A stretch of DNA of 63,876 nt, the filler included, from Licmophora abbreviata (lineage: Eukaryota): the NCBI GenBank assembly GCA_900291995.1. It is 13 parts of 13 records of this genome, joined end to end, with 100 filler letters (N's around TTAATTAATTAA, not from the genome) between each part and the next. Parts side by side here need not be neighbours in the genome. Positions count along the whole stretch, not along the records: positions 57,253 to 60,277 come from OLMU01003398.1; positions 60,378 to 61,701 come from OLMU01003400.1; positions 61,802 to 63,876 come from OLMU01003401.1; 10 more parts are not named here. The stretch is one strand, 5' to 3'. The translations under genes and the position numbers were made by a program. The notes beneath the pieces are model-generated. The model saw nothing but the letters and a program-made list of their open reading frames with translations, had not been told where the DNA came from and did not search any database. Positions 59,358 through 63,876 of this stretch are shown here, piece by piece (the first letter of the stretch is position 1; each line of letters begins with the position of its first letter).

Positions 59358-60277
59358 CTAGTCACAATAGACGCCACAAGCGAAGCCCAGCACGTCCTTA
59401 TAGAATTTGACCATTCGATGAGAAATGCAGTGTTCTGAACAAGTGCCAAATATATCGGTACGCTTCATCACCACCTCCGTCAAGGGATTCGGACATCCGC
59501 TGGTCGCCAGGGGACGACAATTGATGTCCGGGTACACAGTTTCCAGAGCGGGTTCAACCCGGACGACACTCTTGCCTTCCAGGTATAGACATTCCTCCCA
59601 GAGTATATTGTCCTCCAGGATCTGCGAAGCTAGAAGCATGCGTGTCAAGAACACTTCCACTTCGGGTGCGACGTCGGCTCCAGTAAAAATGGATATACCT
59701 GGTTGAGTGAGATTTGCAAACCAATCTCGCATCATCGGACATACAGGCTCCAGACTCGAAACATCGCTAGCTAGGTCGCTTTCTCCCTGGATGAGTTTCA
59801 CGTTGGGATAGCTTCTGCAGAGTGCATCTTGTGCGTGGCCTTGGCAGCTGCCTCGAGTCACGTCAAAGTCCTTGAAATTGGGATTGGACGACCTTTGAGG
59901 TACACAGTCGCAAATGTTCTCGCAAAGGGCGTAGACTAAAAAGTCTAGTTTCTGGCGAGCGTTTTCCTTTTCTTCCGCGCTCCCCGGATTGAGATACATG
60001 TCCACAGCAGCTGCACGTTCCGGGTCACAGCTATTCAGCGCAGAATACTCTGCAAACTTGGAGATGCACTCTCCATTGTCATTTTCCAGAGTCCAGCTGG
60101 CTCGGGTACAGTCTGCGTACTTGCCATCGTCTTGAATCACGCCTACTTTCCCACAAACGGCGCAAAACTCCGCTGGAAGAGTCACCACCTCACACTCAGT
60201 TGCTTTAATAACGTTTCTCCAATTCACGCAGGAGAATGTAACGGAAGAAGGGGAAGCAACTACTAGGAGCAACGATG
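59358..60277 (-). CDS. Cys-rich, probably secreted hypothetical protein (5' end in gap)
   Basis: Open frame of about 305 codons, with the tail of a hydrophobic leader and many regularly spaced Cys residues (CAVC, CENICDC). Confidence 0.7.
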
Positions 60278-60377
60278 NNNNNNNNNNNNNNNNNNNNNNN
60301 NNNNNNNNNNNNNNNNNNNNNTTAATTAATTAANNNNNNNNNNNNNNNNNNNNNNNNNNNNNNNNNNNNNNNNNNNN

Positions 60378-61701
60378 ATGGTCGTTAATACTAGGTAATC
60401 GTCGTCGCCGTTGTTTCCGTCGCTGTGTTTGAGCGGAAGCAATGATGTTCCGTCCATTGACCTGAATGCGTACCAGGGATGATAGCATGCGCATACTGTG
60501 ACTCTGATTTGGTGCTAGGCTGAGGGCGGTCTTGACGTCACGGCGAGCTTGCAGGCCGATAGATTCAGGCGTGTTTTGGCCGTTGGGTATGATGTCTATG
60601 CGGTTCGTTGTGTCGACTGCAACTGTGGGATTGCGAGCAATGAGGTTCAGCAGAGTGTAGCTATTGATGATTGCCCATATCCCGCAGTCCAGTGCAACCT
60701 GGCAAGGTGTCGAGATATGAATCCACCTCGTTTTTCCTGGGGCATGATTCCATAGAGTGGTACGTCGGAGTAAGCCTTTGGCAAATTTCAGATCATTGGG
60801 TCGAGTCAGAGAATTCATATAGAAGAAAGTGATGCATCCGTCTGGGTCGTTTTGGGAGCTTTGATTCTGGGGTGGCGGTCCCGTGCGAATGCGGATGATG
60901 GTGAACCAGTGCCCTGATGTGACATCAGATCCGGAGAAAGACGGAATGACCAGGATTGGAGCTTGGGTCTGGGGCAGATTGGGTCTTGTATTTCGGAGGA
61001 AACGAGGAGTCAAAATCGAATCGTCGTTGATATTTCCATTCCAAAAGTGCTTCTGGTTGATATCATCGTCCCAGCCTCGTTCATGGAGGCACCGCAAGAA
61101 GTACGGATGCAAGAGGTGTGCACGTAGTGCTGTGATCTGGGGCTGCTGCATCACGATCTTGAGAAAGTCAGCTACGTGGTCTCCTTGTAGCATATAGGTG
61201 GATTGAAGGAATTCGGCAGGAATGTTTTGAATCGGCAAATGGGTAGGGTTTGGGACACATATCGGGCTCTGTTCCAGGGTAGCAACATCTGGTGGTAGCT
61301 GCAATTGGGTGGGGTTGCTGGGTCGTGCTAGTCGGTTCGGATCAAGAGAGAGTAGCGGTACGCAGCGACGCTTCTGGAGAGCGGAAGGCACTAGGGGATC
61401 AACAGTCGAAGTTGTGGGTGGGTGTTGTTTTCTTTTCTGTTGGAGTGAAGCTGGCTTGGCTGTTTTGTCGTATCGCAGTACCAGGGAGTTGCCAAAAGTG
61501 ACGGTTCGTTGGGGAATCGATAGCTGGGTGTCTTGAGTGGTGCGAGCTGCTGTAAGGGTGGCCAATCGTTGCTGTTCCTGTTTGTGGTGCCTCTTTTTTC
61601 TGCTGCTATTGCCCGTTCTAGTACTTGCTGGGCTATGTTGGATCGTATTGACGATTGGTTTACGCTGTTGTTGGAGCAAGTCACGGTGTGTTGGGCGTTG
61701 T
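60378..61701 (-). mobile_element. Contig-spanning ORF fragment with a Ulp1/C48-like cysteine protease domain; probably transposable-element-derived
   Basis: No stop codon across the contig. SGHWFTII...FFYMNSL...PCQVALDCGIW gives the H-(D/N)-Q-C arrangement. The sense strand is C/A-rich and intronless. TE origin is inference. Confidence 0.55.
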
Positions 61702-61801
61702 NNNNNNNNNNNNNNNNNNNNNNNNNNNNNNNNNNNNNNNNNNNNTTAATTAATTAANNNNNNNNNNNNNNNNNNNNNNNNNNNNNNNNNNNNNNNNNNN
61801 N

Positions 61802-63876
61802 TCCATACGCAGTATCAGACGAGTGCCCGACGGAAGAGGAAGTCGCTACGGCAGTACGCCGGCTCCGCCCAGGCCGTGCACCTGGGCCGTCGGGGATGCG
61901 GTCAGATCATTTGAAAGAATGGCTGGCCGCAGCCAGCAGGGAGAAGCGTCCTGACCGGTCGGGTTGGGACCCGTTGGTCCACTTAGTGCAGCACGTGTAC
62001 GAGTCCGGAGAACTCCCGACTCGTCTGCCGTGGACGACAATGGTGCTTCTGCCCAAGGGCGGTGGTGGGCACAGAGGCATCGGCCTCTTGGAGATTGTGT
62101 GGAAGCTTATCAGCGCCATCATTGATGCGCGACTGAAGGCAGCCATCCCTCTTCACGATATCTTGCACGGCTTCCGGGCCAAGCGAGGTACCGGTACCGC
62201 CATCATTGAGGCGAAGTTGTTCCAGCAGCTGGCCCGGATTCAGCAAGTACCCATTTACGCAATCTTCTTGGATTTGCGTAAAGCGTACGACACGTTGGAT
62301 CGGGGACGGACGTTGGAGATCCTGGAACGATATGGAGTCGGCGGGAAGGCGCGCCGTCTCCTACGTCGTTTCTGGGACCAACAACAAATAGTGGCACGTC
62401 AGGGCGGGTACTTCGGGGAGCCTTTCCGGGCTACTCGAGGGGTGACCCAAGGGGATGTTATTTCCCCCTCCATCTTCAATATTGTGGCTGATGCAGTGAT
62501 CCGCCATTGGCTCACATTGGTTGTCGATGACAACGATGTAGTCACGGCGGGTCTCGGCATGACCGTCCGTGAACTCATAGCTTTGTTCTATGCAGACGAC
62601 GGAATGTTGGGGGCACGCGACTCGACACGACTCCAGACGGCGATCACTCACCTGACGGAGTTGTTTCAGCGCGTCGGCCTGCGGACGAATACCACCAAGA
62701 CAGAATCCATGACCTGCACACCCGGCTACATCAGTGACCGGGTGGCCTCTCCGACGTATAAGCGGCGGAGGGAGGGCACAGGTCCCAGCTACCGAGAGCG
62801 ACAACGGCGCCGTGTGTCGTGCTCTCAGTGTGGGACGGACCTAGCTGCGGGCTCCCTGTCGCAACACATGCGTACTCAGCACGGCCTTGCTTCGGATTCC
62901 GGAGCGGACCGGGTGGATGCCCCCGGGCGGGCCCCAGCGGAGTACCGCATGAGTTTCCCTGCCACCTCCCCACGGGTCCAGTGCCCAGTGGAGGGGTGCC
63001 CAGGCTCTGCGACATCACCGGAGAATCTCCGGCGACATTTCGTGTATAGGCATTTCGCAGACACGCTTGTCATTCTCGAGGAGGGCACAGTGCCACTCCC
63101 GAAATGCGAGCTTTGTGGCATGCATGTCACGTATGTGGCGCTGCACGGCAGGCATCCCAATTCCGAGTTATGTCGGAGGGGAGCCGCCCGGGTGCGGCAA
63201 CGACAGGCGATTGAGGATGCACGCCGCGCGAGAGAAGTTGTCTTCTCAATCGACGGCGTGCCCCTCAACAGGGTTACGGTTTTCCAGTACTTGGGCCGAC
63301 CACTGTCATCCACGGATGACGACTGGCCGGCCCTCTACAGGAACTTAGTCAAAGCGCGACGGCGCTGGGGCCAGGTCTCCCGGGTACTTGCCCGGGAGGG
63401 AGCGAAGCCCAGGGTCGCGGCTATGTTTTACAAAGCGGTGGTGCAGGCGGTGTTACTGTACGGGGCCGAGACGTGGGTTGTGACCCCTTCGATGTATCGT
63501 GCGTTGGAGGGGTTTCACCATCGCGCAGCGAGACGACTCTCGGGTCGAACGCCGCGCTACCTCCCTAGGGAGGATCGGTGGGTATACCCGCCGATTGGTG
63601 AAGCTCTGGAGGCGGCGGGCATGTTCCCGATTCGACACTACGTGTCGCTTCGACAGAACAGGCTCGCGGACCACATCGCCACGCGACCCATTCGGATGCT
63701 CTGCGACGGGGAGGAGAGACGGTCTGGTTCTACTAGGAGTTTGTTATGGTGGAACCAACCGAGTAGTATAACTAGTGTTTAGTGGAGCAGTCTAGGGGTG
63801 GAGGGCCCTCTGCCTGGGATTGATATCCCATGTTAGGCACTGGCCCAACACTCTGGAGACGGTTAACAAACAAACA
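61802..63876 (+). mobile_element. Non-LTR retrotransposon (RTE-like), 3' portion with 3' UTR and short (CAAA)n tail
   Basis: RT ORF open from 61803 to 63782; visibly GC-richer than its neighbours; ends in TTAACAAACAAACA. Confidence 0.9.
61803..63782 (+). CDS. Reverse transcriptase with internal zinc-finger insertion (5' end in gap)
   Basis: RAPGPSG, LLPKG, HGFR, FLDLRKAYD, GVTQGDVISPSIF, YADD (62589-62600), GLRTNTTKT, FQYLG and LLYGAETW. Confidence 0.92.
   Translation, partial: PYAVSDECPTEEEVATAVRRLRPGRAPGPSGMRSDHLKEWLAAASREKRPDRSGWDPLVHLVQHVYESGELPTRLPWTTMVLLPKGGGGHRGIGLLEIVWKLISAIIDARLKAAIPLHDILHGFRAKRGTGTAIIEAKLFQQLARIQQVPIYAIFLDLRKAYDTLDRGRTLEILERYGVGGKARRLLRRFWDQQQIVARQGGYFGEPFRATRGVTQGDVISPSIFNIVADAVIRHWLTLVVDDNDVVTAGLGMTVRELIALFYADDGMLGARDSTRLQTAITHLTELFQRVGLRTNTTKTESMTCTPGYISDRVASPTYKRRREGTGPSYRERQRRRVSCSQCGTDLAAGSLSQHMRTQHGLASDSGADRVDAPGRAPAEYRMSFPATSPRVQCPVEGCPGSATSPENLRRHFVYRHFADTLVILEEGTVPLPKCELCGMHVTYVALHGRHPNSELCRRGAARVRQRQAIEDARRAREVVFSIDGVPLNRVTVFQYLGRPLSSTDDDWPALYRNLVKARRRWGQVSRVLAREGAKPRVAAMFYKAVVQAVLLYGAETWVVTPSMYRALEGFHHRAARRLSGRTPRYLPREDRWVYPPIGEALEAAGMFPIRHYVSLRQNRLADHIATRPIRMLCDGEERRSGSTRSLLWWNQPSSITSV

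Noticed and set aside
7772..61801. Twelve copies of TTAATTAATTAA as a biological repeat or CRISPR-like array
   Set aside because: Always centred in a 100-bp N block and encodes stops in six frames, so it is an artificial scaffold linker.
16..63771. Numerous antisense or alternate-frame ORFs in the track (e.g. 16..672, 2708..3313, 29734..30387, 35015..35713, 56267..57004)
   Set aside because: They are shadows of real genes in ~50% GC sequence and have no domain motifs.
61803..63782. Bacterial-type RT system (retron, DGR, group II intron)
   Set aside because: Motifs APGPSG, FQYLG and LLYGAETW and the simple-repeat tail are LINE-type. No msr/msd, TR/VR or domain V structure was seen.
60378..63876. 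Ulp1 fragment and RT as one NeSL-like element
   Set aside because: Opposite strands, separated by an artificial gap, with different base composition. The RT looks RTE-like and has no C-terminal restriction-like endonuclease. Not supportable without long reads.

Overview
Gene-dense eukaryotic nuclear DNA that looks like a diatom (stramenopile): short GT-AG introns (mostly ~70-110 bp), signal peptide + 'xAF'-type plastid targeting sequences and a secretory-pathway-targeted proteasome-like subunit. The window is a pseudomolecule of 13 contigs joined by twelve artificial 100-bp N/TTAATTAATTAA/N linkers, so neighbourhoods across linkers are not proven. It holds about 35 protein genes, mostly housekeeping: SLC35B-type transporter, NDUFS4, 3'-5' exonuclease, SOS1-like antiporter, SPCS2, Sar1, importin-beta, THOC7, Nol9/Grc3, ABCD, SERRATE/ARS2, SFT2, CNNM, CDPK, Patched/NPC1-like, Ran and galactokinase. 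The last two contigs look mobile: an open Ulp1/C48 protease fragment, and the 3' half of a non-LTR retrotransposon whose RT carries a multi-zinc-finger insertion, a hairpin-rich 3' UTR and a short (CAAA)n tail. Most notable: (1) a probably plastid-targeted RppH/Ap4A-type Nudix hydrolase fused to a METTL13/EEF1AKMT-like methyltransferase, head-to-head with a plastid SAP+HAT (Mbb1/HCF107-like) RNA-binding protein; (2) the zinc-finger-interrupted RT; (3) a 2H phosphoesterase lacking both catalytic histidines; (4) an enriched TACCWGGTA motif; (5) long structured first introns in Ran and importin-beta. Three single-base frameshifts are probably sequencing errors. No rRNA, tRNA or CRISPR was recognised. 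All family calls come from motif recognition by eye, without database searches.
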